Assembly (NCBI GenBank): GCA_964505065.1
Contig: CAZDGF010000004.1
Coordinates: 9,011-73,010 of the forward strand
Source of the DNA: an uncultured Chitinophaga sp.
GTDB lineage: Bacteria; Bacteroidota; Bacteroidia; NS11-12g; UBA955
Direction of reading: 5' to 3'
DNA length: 64,000 nt
Both the position numbers and the translations under genes were made by a program. The notes beneath the pieces are model-generated. The model searched no databases. It had not been told where the DNA came from and saw only the letters and a list, made by a program, of their open reading frames with translations. Of the stretch, positions 32,301 to 39,535 are shown in pieces; the first letter of the stretch is position 1, and every line of letters begins with the position of its first letter.

Positions 32301-34715
32301 TACGATTTGAATAATCCATTGCTGCAATCTGTTGAGTTGCAATACCGCAGAGTAGGTACTAATAGTTGGAACAATATTACCCAAATTTCAAAAGTTACAT
32401 TAGATGCTTTTTATAATATTAACCGTTTGGTGTTTAAAAACCCCCAATACCCTTATGTTTGGCAAATAAAAGGCAACGATAATATTGTAAATGGCGAGTA
32501 TGAAATTCGTGCGGGAGCAAATTGTGGTACTGGTGGTATTACTTATTCTAAAAATATTAGTGGCAGGATAGATAGAAGCACAGTTCAGCTTTTTGGTATT
32601 CCACAGCCAGCGGATAAATTATTAAGTATTGGCGATGAAATAAGCGTTAATTTTAATAAACCCATTTTATGTGGTTTAATAGATACAAGCAAATATACTT
32701 TTGTAAACAAAGCCACTATGCAAAAACTAAATGTTTCGGCAGTATGCAATGGTTCTAAAATTATTTTTACCATAAATCAACCAATGGCAAGCCTTGATGG
32801 TGTGAGTGTATTAGCTACTTTACAATCTGCAGAAGATATTTTTGGCAATACTTTAGAAAGCCCTGTAGTTTGGGAGTTTGATATATCTAATAATCCTTTA
32901 TTCTACAGTCCAAATGCTATAGCCATAGAGGTGTATAAAGGTACAAAAACACAAGTAAATTTAAGTTTAATCAATAATTCAATAGCTAATCATACCATTG
33001 TAAATTCTGGTTTAGCCATTCCATTGTTAAGCACTACAAATGGCAATATCAATATCAGTTCCATTGGTGCACAAATACCTGTAAATATAAATACTTCAAG
33101 CAGTAATTTAGGTATATTTTTAGATACTTTGGTTACAGAAATAGTATCGAGTACAGGTTTTTCAAAATTATTAGTACCTATCAAAGTAAATGTTTTGGCA
33201 TTGCCCCCAAATTGGCAAGTAAATGCTGGAAATTTTAGTGGTTCGGCAAGTATAATTTGTAATTATAATTTAGATAGTACAGAGGTTTTAAGTGCAGATA
33301 CAATGGATAAAATAGCGGTGCTAATAGATGGCGAAATAAGGGGCTTTTCTAACATTATAAAAACAGGCAATTTTTATAGAGCGTATATTGCTGTATTTGG
33401 TAATAGTAGCGATAACAATAAACCATTGCATTTTAGAGTATGGCATGCTAAAAAAGGTATTCAATATGATGCCAAATCTCGCGATAACATGACCTTTGCC
33501 CTGAATGCTTTTTATGGTACAACACCAAGCCCTCGTATTTTAGATATTAGCACTGTTTCAGATTCATTGCGTTTTATTGCCTTGCAAGCAGGTTGGAATT
33601 GGGTAGCTTTTAATACCCAAAAAACAGACGCTTCCGTTAGCAGTTATTTGCAAAACCTAACGCAACGTACAGATGCCCGTATAAAAACATTGAGCAATGA
33701 AACCTATTGGAACAATGCAACAGGCGAATGGATAGAATTGAGCAATGGTGTAGGCAATATCAATACAGCCAATGGTTATATGGTGTATGTAAAAGCCGCA
33801 GATACTTTGTATATTTCAGGCAAACCAGCAGAACAAAGCCAGTTTACCTTAAAATCAGGTTGGAATTTAATAGGCAATACCATACAAACAAATACGCCTA
33901 TAAACAATGAATTGGTAAGCACAGCTATAAGTAATAAGGCAGTAATAAAAGGGCGTTTAAGCAACCCAGTTCAAATTGGCGATTTTGACTCTATAAACAA
34001 ACGCTGGAATGGTATTTCTACACTTTTGGTAAACCAAGCGTATATGTTGCGCAATAGTAAAGCAGGTTCTATTTTCCGCTCCACTTTGCCCGATACAAGT
34101 TGCGAGTTTGAAATAAATAAATATGAGTACAATACCACTTTCTTTGCTACCATTCAGCTTGATGGAATGCCCGTAAATAGCAGCAATTTTTATGTAGCGG
34201 CTTATAGTGGCAATAGCTGCCGAGGCACAGCCCAGTTGGAGTATAGCAGTAGTTTGAAGCAATATGTTATGTCTTTATTTGTATATTCCAATACATTGGC
34301 TGGCGAGCTTAATTTTAAAATTTATGATAAGCAAAACAACCGATGGTATGCAGTACCCAACAAACAAAACTTTGATGTCAATAAAAACTTTGGAAGCCCA
34401 CAAAATCCTTACATATTCTCAAATCAGCAAGTTACCAATATAGCAAGTGTAAATTCAAACGAAATGAAATTAATGGCTTATCCCAATCCTTTTGAAAATA
34501 AGCTAAAAATAGATGTAAACACTACCTTGTCAAGCAATGCTACAATTACATTAATTGATGTTCAGGGAAAACAAATTGTGCAACAAAACGAGCAATTGCA
34601 AGTAGGGAAAAACACCATTATGCTGAATCAATTAAATAGCCTAACAGCAGGTCTGTATTTATTGCAAATCAATCAGAATGGAAAAATAAGCAGTATAAAG
34701 TTAATGAAGTATTAG
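23364..34715 (+). CDS. Giant (3783 aa) secreted multidomain surface protein: N-terminal Fn3/Ig-like repeat array, FG-GAP-like beta-propeller repeats, large unassigned central module, T9SS type-A C-terminal sorting domain
   Basis: Signal peptide MKILFTYIVYLLCFLLFSFNANAQ; repeated ~90-aa units with WxYP/LxRNG pattern; FG-GAP-like blades (HQFGSALDISDDTLLVGS..., GHGVAIGKGVIVGSAP..., FSGYNISFDNNIFYTGAP...); C-terminal MAYPNPFENKLKI...GLYLLQINQNGKISSIKLMKY (Por_Secre_tail type). Confidence 0.8.
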   Translation: MKILFTYIVYLLCFLLFSFNANAQMQGLQVSNNTSDGIITATWKLNARTPALQAKPVYVQLYDSINNKEIYSKIIDSLMPLTWIEGTMDIPVKPNFTNKYRIFIYAYGTGTLLASTAAIAGQSRPMDLPVIDFARSNYENIRFFLINNSQYTDNINVYKNGLKVAVVKATQLPEYVANVGTEIVSGESYNYCFQGLNAASGDTTTRVCIAAASKAINFTVSKMAFANKVQLNWLMPDEEITEVTLLRDGVQLLKGAPGATSYTDLKPIPGFKHQYQLVLKNLDNNTATFIDSGWVQSIGKVSGFVLSNAANGSVGVANTVVKLSANILGNNVIYTTTTNNTGYYEFKQIYFHTQADYTLSFNRKNVKFTIENAVLNFTRKNYVFEANAEADIKLIEQERHPFAISNFKTNKSSSSGFMNLEWQVTTNDTVFFQLHRNQKLIKTTWASSNRIVNINDETGIPLTPYNYELRSYSLVGTRYYIKQNTVSDTFPNVLAVAANQYNVAANTTNATVDMSWQYPQGLCNGFFILRNGILIAQLDSSVRTFTDLEGANGATYSYGIVVSAKKQDGNLYQSLATIKTGITYPTLAVPTMVSATTTTDGFILINGGYTNNNAYNYTSVNILRNDGTKTDTVAKISKGLSIGFTDETGLPNATYTYSLIAQKNASYSQASNSSLAAYPAIPAPVSFSQGVKMEGFANLNINSGQTNPVYQIELSASGKPTQTYKIYENNVVFGFGNSYVSATTISCRLLKTINGNKYYSSALTTNYTSLNSSPYTLTAPTNFKASTNLIQQVQLSWSYPNFILPTFYIYRNGILLDSLSSSVRSYTDFSVDKTESYLYQIRAIQGSKKSTLVADYGNIISPYTVSGFISNKYTQNGIHNVLVQLIDNSKIIASTTSKNGKYFIQNIIPKIGMIIKVFATNAAFDESEKYFDFEIAPRHLTVNFTDTLPQIEKPSNSIASIQHLALQLNNTNSSVELNWSMSNGNYTGVEVNRSLQKIGILAKGQLMAVSDKDAVPGVNYSYRIRPYLDTEDDGTLYGNFVDSTITFPALLAPENLQLTASNDAIKLTWSHAANNHTYYEIKRNGKYMGKVLTQNAMQWTDNTGVPGLNYKYEVTSVLEAANDVYFSDAAASSILFPTVSAAQKLTVSNQAPGRPSTDKLTYSVILRWWNSSTEAKKAIVQVNGKTEKTMPITYGWNQTYSTASIPNANNTFSIIQIVNRGIEYNSKPLSESFTTLPLGTNLIVSPNNDLTNTFVNVIYRFNAWDTIGLDSAELVLNQNRFSIADVISINKSSKRLFPDTMSDKNMVPFKTTFTNIPDVSYVYRVRGVSWRAGIRYTSAMPVDEPMNYPKLPDPINVANIDTTGMSIKLKWQHTRTDVDSFYIFNDNKLVGGVNGSTYTFTFVPEFECVRIKIIAVKKYGNVRKASLGNTPPLITSLPMALVKPCFPATAGAQFGRIVEVNANTMVVTNNTSNNEVYFYKKLNNGWVYESVVKRGSEVKVATLNDIVAVAYNDNKGSGIFTYVDLFHRVNGAWTLYQTLNSGRFPALGYNVAMHKDKLVISMSRCFVGGSPNTCIQLFQKNTNNNLFVSIASRDQQLISNEGIGETVALNDNTIVAGGPTFNPGGLSFQGAILVFNYTNNSISSSTLIGVPSPLNGMPNHQFGSALDISDDTLLVGSNNLNVYGNFNYVGGMFLYVRQAGTWTLRSTTHALGVAGNITGYLGHGVAIGKGVIVGSAPNTSASSFKGSLAFRPVNETGLNSNVTYSALPSSPNNAFSGYNISFDNNIFYTGAPNANSNTGMVQMFTYPPLFDNSLEVNEVSNLQASKADFDNKVILTWNYNSVGYTPTRYDIFRDGIKIDIAKTADRDYTDIAPIPAKRHVYTVVAIYTNAKGLKNSTIGFTKPIGEISGSVVTAQGNNPVEGVTVIAKAISAEATFTYTTTTDAFGNYEIKRINFGEEARIEVSVTYVGHQFLKPMQAITMDVNSNRQQLPNFVDITAYSIIAQLNQYNCNCPIDSVKVTLKTYIKNQATKVEEKITEVNGKAVFNVLPKTTDLLKFELLINNNVIKGNDTLWYQFDSSSFQINQPKNLGTTNLFVAENQLKYKANITTGSVCGSIGSNKYNIEITSKDGCFKEIITTNTTGSYLNNLELPPLDLSFKIIDVLPRNTNNSVIEDYFAVRPIVLPLGVQYLQQSKTMLTTALINEKVQFVYHQVPNIVLTNGLPRLCNSPTQPYYTHQNDKVNLSFNVSETFSGSNCAVFDGTLRMKNTGAENADDVIEMNEQGIVNYSFTAGAPAISAPYLKYIFAQYWNSADEFVAEIQIPVLITGSAAIPGSDFIIENDQNEAQWPLMVLRDPPGDLSFSYVEEGAENTLSATTESEAGGYGGTTIETGFKLFGIGTKVAFDAKVGGSNTNTKGYEIGVSTTRRVQSIANSSTINAQNTNYITGNNGDVIVGVGTTQKYGVTENISIEGCKVIKRTGINISQNGIATNWIYSIDYIKNLVRQYDSLINLANKGLVKIDNKDFYQTSQYYTARKKNWESILNYHEVETTPVYRLCDVKNYNRLFGNTNADPYQQEAEKWAKNCFCTAQGVGVYDGAGNFKFQKGNEISWDNNNLELFRKSRTMVDRYLQASTRSKAFNGKVPDRIKSDIEKNLIPYTNTNVNQLQLNAEERAVAENISFGGATTYDRDLTVSNTYSSSFTSNFYFESNLAIGFVAKTEVSYSAGGGLGFITLFNNTIAEIDHFFGLNVGVKVNLTQSSERTTTTTNSVGYHLEDDDAGDQFSVTAIKGIDRLHTPYFALVGGRSSCPNEPGTIARNNLALSFETPEGQGVNNVQRDLQPNTPAIFPLKMSNNAPLVLSENLDFNLSPSDGSNAFNAGITFNGSSANKFTIPSGGSAYTNIFVQRGAGFSYSDLSVYLGANCSNGTDEYGGATLDFEAYFRRPCSEISIVTPSNNWVINKANAADPNNTDESLRIDLADYDLNNPLLQSVELQYRRVGTNSWNNITQISKVTLDAFYNINRLVFKNPQYPYVWQIKGNDNIVNGEYEIRAGANCGTGGITYSKNISGRIDRSTVQLFGIPQPADKLLSIGDEISVNFNKPILCGLIDTSKYTFVNKATMQKLNVSAVCNGSKIIFTINQPMASLDGVSVLATLQSAEDIFGNTLESPVVWEFDISNNPLFYSPNAIAIEVYKGTKTQVNLSLINNSIANHTIVNSGLAIPLLSTTNGNINISSIGAQIPVNINTSSSNLGIFLDTLVTEIVSSTGFSKLLVPIKVNVLALPPNWQVNAGNFSGSASIICNYNLDSTEVLSADTMDKIAVLIDGEIRGFSNIIKTGNFYRAYIAVFGNSSDNNKPLHFRVWHAKKGIQYDAKSRDNMTFALNAFYGTTPSPRILDISTVSDSLRFIALQAGWNWVAFNTQKTDASVSSYLQNLTQRTDARIKTLSNETYWNNATGEWIELSNGVGNINTANGYMVYVKAADTLYISGKPAEQSQFTLKSGWNLIGNTIQTNTPINNELVSTAISNKAVIKGRLSNPVQIGDFDSINKRWNGISTLLVNQAYMLRNSKAGSIFRSTLPDTSCEFEINKYEYNTTFFATIQLDGMPVNSSNFYVAAYSGNSCRGTAQLEYSSSLKQYVMSLFVYSNTLAGELNFKIYDKQNNRWYAVPNKQNFDVNKNFGSPQNPYIFSNQQVTNIASVNSNEMKLMAYPNPFENKLKIDVNTTLSSNATITLIDVQGKQIVQQNEQLQVGKNTIMLNQLNSLTAGLYLLQINQNGKISSIKLMKY

Positions 34716-34728
34716 AGAAGAAATAGCC

Positions 34729-34805
34729 ACGAATGCACGAATTAAATTTAGAACGAATAATTGTATTTTTTTTATTCGTGCATTCGTTGCTATAATGGTT
34801 TTTTT
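34729..34805 (+). terminator. Candidate intrinsic terminator after giant gene: 14-bp stem cgaatgcacgaat/attcgtgcattcg with long AT loop, then T7 run
   Basis: Inverted repeat 34729-34742 / 34774-34787; ggttttttt 34797-34805. Confidence 0.4.
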
Positions 34806-34849
34806 AATCCAAATCAATTAAATTTGCCCTTTCTCTAATTCTTATCGTT

Positions 34850-36079
34850 TTGAAAAAACAACTATTATTTTTCTCATCTTTACTTTGCTATTTCATAGCC
34901 TTTTCGCAATCCTACCTATACCATATTCCTTATGTCCAAAATACCAAATACGGCTATGCAGATACTTTGGGCAAAGTGCTGCTAATTCCGCAATACAATA
35001 ATGTTTCTTTTTTTGAAGCCAATGGTTTAGCTATAGTGGGCAATATTATAAATAATCAAGATTTAGTGGGCGTTATCAATTCAGAGTTTAAAGTAGTATT
35101 ACCTTTAAAATTCTCTGCTATTTCATTTTATGGCAATTTAATAGCCATAGAAACCACAAGCCAAGAAACAACGCTAAAGGGCTTGTACAACCATTTAGGT
35201 GCTGAAATATTACAACCCAAATATTCTGGTATTTCTATAAGTCAAAATTTTATTACGGCTTATACAGGGCGCATAAAAACACTTTTTCGCTACAATACAC
35301 AAACCAAACAAGCAGAGAAAATATACAAAGAAACTACTGAAAATATTTATTTACATAAAGATAAAAACGAACGCATTACCCACTTTTCTGTTATCAATAG
35401 CAAAGATATAAAAGTATATTACGATACATTGGGCAATGAAATTGAAAACTTTGAAAAAATAAAAGCTTTTACACAAGAAAAAACAAAACAAATAGCCGAA
35501 AATACACCTACAAAAGACCATTTTATTTACACAAAAAATAAAATGAAAGGCTTTATTACCTATCAAATTAACAATAAATTAAAGCGTGATTCTTTTGCCC
35601 CTGTTTATCAAAATTTAAAAAGCGTAAGGATAAACCATTCTGAAATATTATTGGCAAAACAAAAAGGCAAATGGGGCGCAATAGATAATGGCAATAAAAT
35701 AATTGTGCCTTTTAAGTACGATTCCATTTCTTGTTTTCGCACCTGCCAAAGCGATGATGCAAAAGACGGTATAGATTTTTTTGTAAAGGAAGATAACAAA
35801 TGGGGAATGATAAACTCTAAACAGGTAACAAAATATATTTTACTCAATATTTATGAAGATATACATGAGTTTGAATGCCCTTTTTATACCATAAAGTTTA
35901 ATGAAAGCTATGGCTTTGTTCAAATTATAAACCATCAAAAAGCCAATGTATTACAACCCAAATACCACACAATATTAGGCTATAGAGTATTGCCCAATAA
36001 TTATACCCTTATTTTAGTAGAACTGCCCAATGGCAATGAGGCTTGGGTAAATTGGAAAGGCAAAATATTTGGCTCATAG
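34850..36079 (+). CDS. Secreted WG-repeat-containing protein (TTG start)
   Basis: Signal peptide LKKQLLFFSSLLCYFIAFSQ; repeated KWG(A/M)I(D/N) motifs (GKWGAIDNGNKIIVPFKYDSI; NKWGMINSKQV) and other WG-repeat-like units. Confidence 0.55.
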   Translation: MKKQLLFFSSLLCYFIAFSQSYLYHIPYVQNTKYGYADTLGKVLLIPQYNNVSFFEANGLAIVGNIINNQDLVGVINSEFKVVLPLKFSAISFYGNLIAIETTSQETTLKGLYNHLGAEILQPKYSGISISQNFITAYTGRIKTLFRYNTQTKQAEKIYKETTENIYLHKDKNERITHFSVINSKDIKVYYDTLGNEIENFEKIKAFTQEKTKQIAENTPTKDHFIYTKNKMKGFITYQINNKLKRDSFAPVYQNLKSVRINHSEILLAKQKGKWGAIDNGNKIIVPFKYDSISCFRTCQSDDAKDGIDFFVKEDNKWGMINSKQVTKYILLNIYEDIHEFECPFYTIKFNESYGFVQIINHQKANVLQPKYHTILGYRVLPNNYTLILVELPNGNEAWVNWKGKIFGS

Positions 36080-36458
36080 CCCATAGCTTTAGCTATAGGC
36101 TATAAAAGATTGATTAAATCAATTGCCCATAGCTTTAGCTATAAGATTAAAAGAATGATTAAATCAATTGCCCATAGCTTTAGCTATAAGATTAAAAGAT
36201 TGATTAAATCAATTGCCCATAGCTTTAGCTATAAGATTAAAAGAATGATTAAATCAATTGCCCATAGCTTTAGCTATAAGATTAAAAGAATGATTAAATC
36301 AATTGCCCATAGCTTTAGCTATAAGATTAAAAGAATGATTAAATCAATTGCCCATAGCTTTAGCTATAAGATTAAAAGAATGATTAAATCAATTGCCCAT
36401 AGCTTTAGCTATAAGATTAAAAGATTGATTAAATCAATTGCCCATAGCTTTAGCTATG
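36080..36458. repeat. Tandem direct-repeat array, 45-bp period, 8 full + 1 partial copies; each unit carries 14-bp palindrome ATAGCTTTAGCTAT
   Basis: Unit cccatagctttagctataagattaaaaga(a/t)tgattaaatcaattg at 36080,36126,36171,...,36396, partial 36441; begins 1 bp after stop of upstream gene. Confidence 0.9.
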
Positions 36459-36511
36459 GGAAAATAAAAAATTAATTGATGCTGTATGACTATTAAATTT
36501 GCACTGGTTTT

Positions 36512-36904
36512 ATGATTTCAATATTTAAAATAGGCGATACAAAACAATATAGCAAAACTATAAGCCAAACCGATTTGGCAAGTTTTGAAAATGGTACAGT
36601 ACACCAAGTGTATGGCACATTTGCCCTTGGTAGAGATGCAGAATGGAGCAGCCGCTTATTTGTGTTAGAAATGAAAGAAGACAACGAAGAGGGTATAGGC
36701 ACATTCTTAAACATTACCCACCATTCGCCAGCATTATTGGGGCAAAATGTGGTGTTTACAGCAACAATTTATGCGTTAGAAAAAAACAGTATCAATTGCC
36801 ACGTTACTTGCCGAGTGGGAGAGAGAATAATAGCAGAATGTAGCACAGGGCAAAAAATTATCAAAAAAGATAAACTAAATTTGCTGTTTGAAAGCGTTAA
36901 ATAA
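36512..36904 (+). CDS. Hotdog-fold thioesterase, FlK-like family
   Basis: VHQVYGTFALGRDAEWSSRLFV and GIGTFLNITHHSPALLGQNVVFTATIYALEKNSINCHVTCRVGERIIAECSTGQ match FlK-type thioesterase block pattern; 130 aa. Confidence 0.5.
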   Translation: MISIFKIGDTKQYSKTISQTDLASFENGTVHQVYGTFALGRDAEWSSRLFVLEMKEDNEEGIGTFLNITHHSPALLGQNVVFTATIYALEKNSINCHVTCRVGERIIAECSTGQKIIKKDKLNLLFESVK

Positions 36905-36907
36905 GCA

Positions 36908-37357
36908 GTGAATCCTAAAACAGTAAATATCCTTAATAGAAAAGCCAATTATGAATACCATATTGAGCATAAATTTACTGCTGGCATAGTATTGAGCGGC
37001 ACAGAGGTAAAAAGTATAAGGGCTGGCAATGCTAACATTAGCGATGCTTTTTGCCAAATAGAAAACAATGAAATACTGATTAGAAATATGCACATTAGCG
37101 AGTTTAAGCAGGGTAGTTATAACAACCACGACCCTTTGCGTTTTAGAAAACTATTGCTAAACAAGGCTGAAATAAAAAAAATAATTGGCAAAATGAAAGA
37201 CAAAGGCACAGCTATTTTTCCTTTAAAATTGTATGCAAATGAGCGTGGTTTTTTAAAGCTTGATATAGGGGTAGGAAAGGGTAAAAAAGCCTTTGATAAG
37301 CGAGAGGATATAAAACAAAAAGATGTTCAAAGAGAATTGGCAAAACTAAAATTTTGA
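36908..37357 (+). CDS. smpB: SsrA-binding protein SmpB (GTG start)
   Basis: ILNRKANYEYHIEHKFTAGIVLSGTEVKSIRAGNANISDAFC...HDPLRFRKLLLNKAEIKKI...; 149 aa; classic SmpB sequence. Confidence 0.92.
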   Translation: MNPKTVNILNRKANYEYHIEHKFTAGIVLSGTEVKSIRAGNANISDAFCQIENNEILIRNMHISEFKQGSYNNHDPLRFRKLLLNKAEIKKIIGKMKDKGTAIFPLKLYANERGFLKLDIGVGKGKKAFDKREDIKQKDVQRELAKLKF

Positions 37358-37977
37358 GATTATTACTTGCCATATTGCTATTGGTTTACTTGCCTTTAAA
37401 AGCACAATTTTTTGGCAGAAAAAGCATTGCCATTAGCCATAGTCTTATGCAATTTAACGAACCCTTTTTAGCCAATAAAACCAATGCCAACAATGCTACA
37501 AGTTGGGTAAGCGAGGTTGAAAAAATAAATTCTTTTAAACCATCAAGAAATTCTAACCTAAATAATTATTTTAGTTACAGTTATGGCATAGGCTTGGGGG
37601 TTTACAATAATTTAGACAATAGATTTGAGGTTTACGAAAAATCTAATTTTGTAAGATTGAGAGGAAATTTAATTTGCCATTTACCTGAAATGCCAAAATT
37701 AGAATTTGGAACAACAATTAATAAAATTACGCCCTATTTTAAAATAGGCTATTTAACAGATAAATTGGACAAAAATTTTAAAGCGAAAAGCAATTCTTAT
37801 TTCTGCTCTTCTATGAATTTTGGCGGAGGAGTAGTTTTTAGGGCTACAGATTTTATTGGCTTGAATTACGATTTTAGTATTAACCAAAGGCTAAACAACG
37901 ATTACAGAACATTTGCCCAACACAAAATAGGTTTGGTAATTGCACTTTATCATTCATTTAAAATAGGTACATTTTAA
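37354..37977 (+). CDS. Outer-membrane beta-barrel-like protein, hypothetical
   Basis: Signal peptide MRLLLAILLLVYLPLKAQ; alternating Tyr/Gly-rich amphipathic strands; C-terminal ...FKIGTF; ATGA overlap with smpB stop. Confidence 0.45.
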   Translation: MRLLLAILLLVYLPLKAQFFGRKSIAISHSLMQFNEPFLANKTNANNATSWVSEVEKINSFKPSRNSNLNNYFSYSYGIGLGVYNNLDNRFEVYEKSNFVRLRGNLICHLPEMPKLEFGTTINKITPYFKIGYLTDKLDKNFKAKSNSYFCSSMNFGGGVVFRATDFIGLNYDFSINQRLNNDYRTFAQHKIGLVIALYHSFKIGTF

Positions 37978-38148
37978 GCCTTACCTTTTCATTCTTCATT
38001 GTCATTTCTTTTATTTCAAATCTTTCAATTTTATTGTCATTATTTTTTATTTATTTTTTATATTATTGAGGCAATAAAATTATTAAGTAGGGAAATAAAA
38101 TATTTTTTCGGAAAGTAAAAATTATTTTACAGGAAATAAAATATTTAT

Positions 38149-39535
38149 GAGTCTATTTATTAAACTGTGTCAAAAAGAATAAATTTGACACACAAAATGG
38201 AAAACGAAAAATTTAATTATGAGGCATTCGAGGATGCCGCCTTATCGGGCTTGCGTTCAGGCAAGCCATTAGAGGGAAAAGATGGTGTATTAGCCCCATT
38301 GCTAAAAAGGTTATTAGAAGCAGGTTTGCAAGGCGAATTAAGCGAGCATTTGTCCCAAGATAATCAGCCCAATAGGCGCAATGGCAAAACGAGTAAAGAG
38401 GTAAAAACCTCATTTGGCAAAGTAGTAATAGAAACACCCAGAGATAGGAATAGCACTTTTGAGCCACAGGTTCTGCCCAAGCGCAAAACAGTTTTGGGCG
38501 AAGCATTAGACCATAAAGTAATCTCTTTATATAGCCATGGCATGAGCTATAATGATATATGCAAACACTTGGATGAAATGTATGGTTTAACCGTTTCGCC
38601 CTCCAGTTTAACAGCCATTACAGATAGTATAATAGAGGATGTAAAAGCGTGGCAATCTCGTCCATTAGAAAGCGTTTATCCTTTTGTATGGTTAGATGCC
38701 ATACACTACAAAGTAAAAGAAGATAATAGCATTAAAACCAAAGCTATTCATTGTTTACTGGGTGTTGGTAGAGATGGTACAAAAGACTTATTGGGCTTAT
38801 ATATTAACCAAACCGAGGGTGCTAAATTTTGGCTACAAGTGCTTACATACTTGCAAAACAGAGGCGTACAAGATATTATCATTGCTTGTATAGATAATTT
38901 AAAAGGCTTTGCAGATGCTATAGAGAGTATTTTTCCAAGCACCGAAGTGCAGCTTTGCGTTATCCATCAAATACGCAGTAGCACCAAGTATGTAGCCTAT
39001 AAAGATATAAGAGAAGTAATGGTATCGCTTAAAAAAGTGTATGAAGCTACAACCAAACAGCAAGCAGAAATGGCGTTAGACGAGTTAGAAAAACAATGGA
39101 AGCACAAGTACCCAACAATGGTAAAAAGTTGGTTTACAAACTGGGAGCGCTTGAGTAATTATTTTAAATATCCAAAAGAAATACGAAAAATAATATACAC
39201 CACCAATATTATAGAATCCTTTAATAGCCAGCTTCGTAAGGTTACAAAATCTAAACGTGTATTTAGTTCCGATATGGCACTGCTAAAGCTGCTATACCTT
39301 GTACATCTAAATATTAAAGGGCAATGGAAAACACAGATATATGGGTGGAAAACAACCTTTGCTCAAATGAATATCTTATTTGAAGAACGAATGAACCAAC
39401 ATTGAAAAAAATCAAAATAATAAGTATGTTTGCAATACAAAAACCAATAAATACTTGCGAGGAGAAGGGGTGTTATACACTCCTCTCTTCAAAAGAAATA
39501 TTAAAATTACTGACACAGTTTAGTGAACAGACCCA
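38149..39535 (+). mobile_element. IS256-family insertion sequence (~1.39 kb) with imperfect ~24-bp terminal inverted repeats
   Basis: Left end gagtctatttatTAAACTGTGTCA (38149-38172) vs reverse complement of right end gggtctgttcacTAAACTGTGTCA (39511-39534); single transposase ORF inside. Confidence 0.75.
38197..39405 (+). CDS. IS256-family (Mutator-type) transposase (alt. GTG start 38167)
   Basis: Transposase_mut signatures: WLDAIHYKVKEDN..., DNLKGFADAIESIFPSTEVQLCVIHQIRSSTKYV..., TTNIIESFNSQLRKVTK. Confidence 0.88.
   Translation: MENEKFNYEAFEDAALSGLRSGKPLEGKDGVLAPLLKRLLEAGLQGELSEHLSQDNQPNRRNGKTSKEVKTSFGKVVIETPRDRNSTFEPQVLPKRKTVLGEALDHKVISLYSHGMSYNDICKHLDEMYGLTVSPSSLTAITDSIIEDVKAWQSRPLESVYPFVWLDAIHYKVKEDNSIKTKAIHCLLGVGRDGTKDLLGLYINQTEGAKFWLQVLTYLQNRGVQDIIIACIDNLKGFADAIESIFPSTEVQLCVIHQIRSSTKYVAYKDIREVMVSLKKVYEATTKQQAEMALDELEKQWKHKYPTMVKSWFTNWERLSNYFKYPKEIRKIIYTTNIIESFNSQLRKVTKSKRVFSSDMALLKLLYLVHLNIKGQWKTQIYGWKTTFAQMNILFEERMNQH

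Noticed and set aside
36080-36458. CRISPR array
   Set aside because: Units are contiguous identical repeats with no unique spacers, and no cas genes are nearby.
36110-36475. 121-aa ORF encoding (IKSIAHSFSYKIKRM)n, possible repetitive protein or multi-core RiPP precursor
   Set aside because: Frame is open only because the DNA is a near-perfect 45-bp (multiple of 3) tandem repeat. There is no upstream start context distinct from the repeat, no neighbouring maturation enzymes, and identical nucleotide repeats point to a DNA-level element rather than a selected peptide. Retained only as a low-probability alternative under the repeat finding.
39460-39500. Hairpin gaggagaaggggtgttatacactcctctc near IS right end as another copy of the dcw hairpin family
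   Set aside because: Stem sequence and flanks differ (no atttagggtgaggcaaa tail); lies inside the IS256 element and is more likely IS-internal structure.
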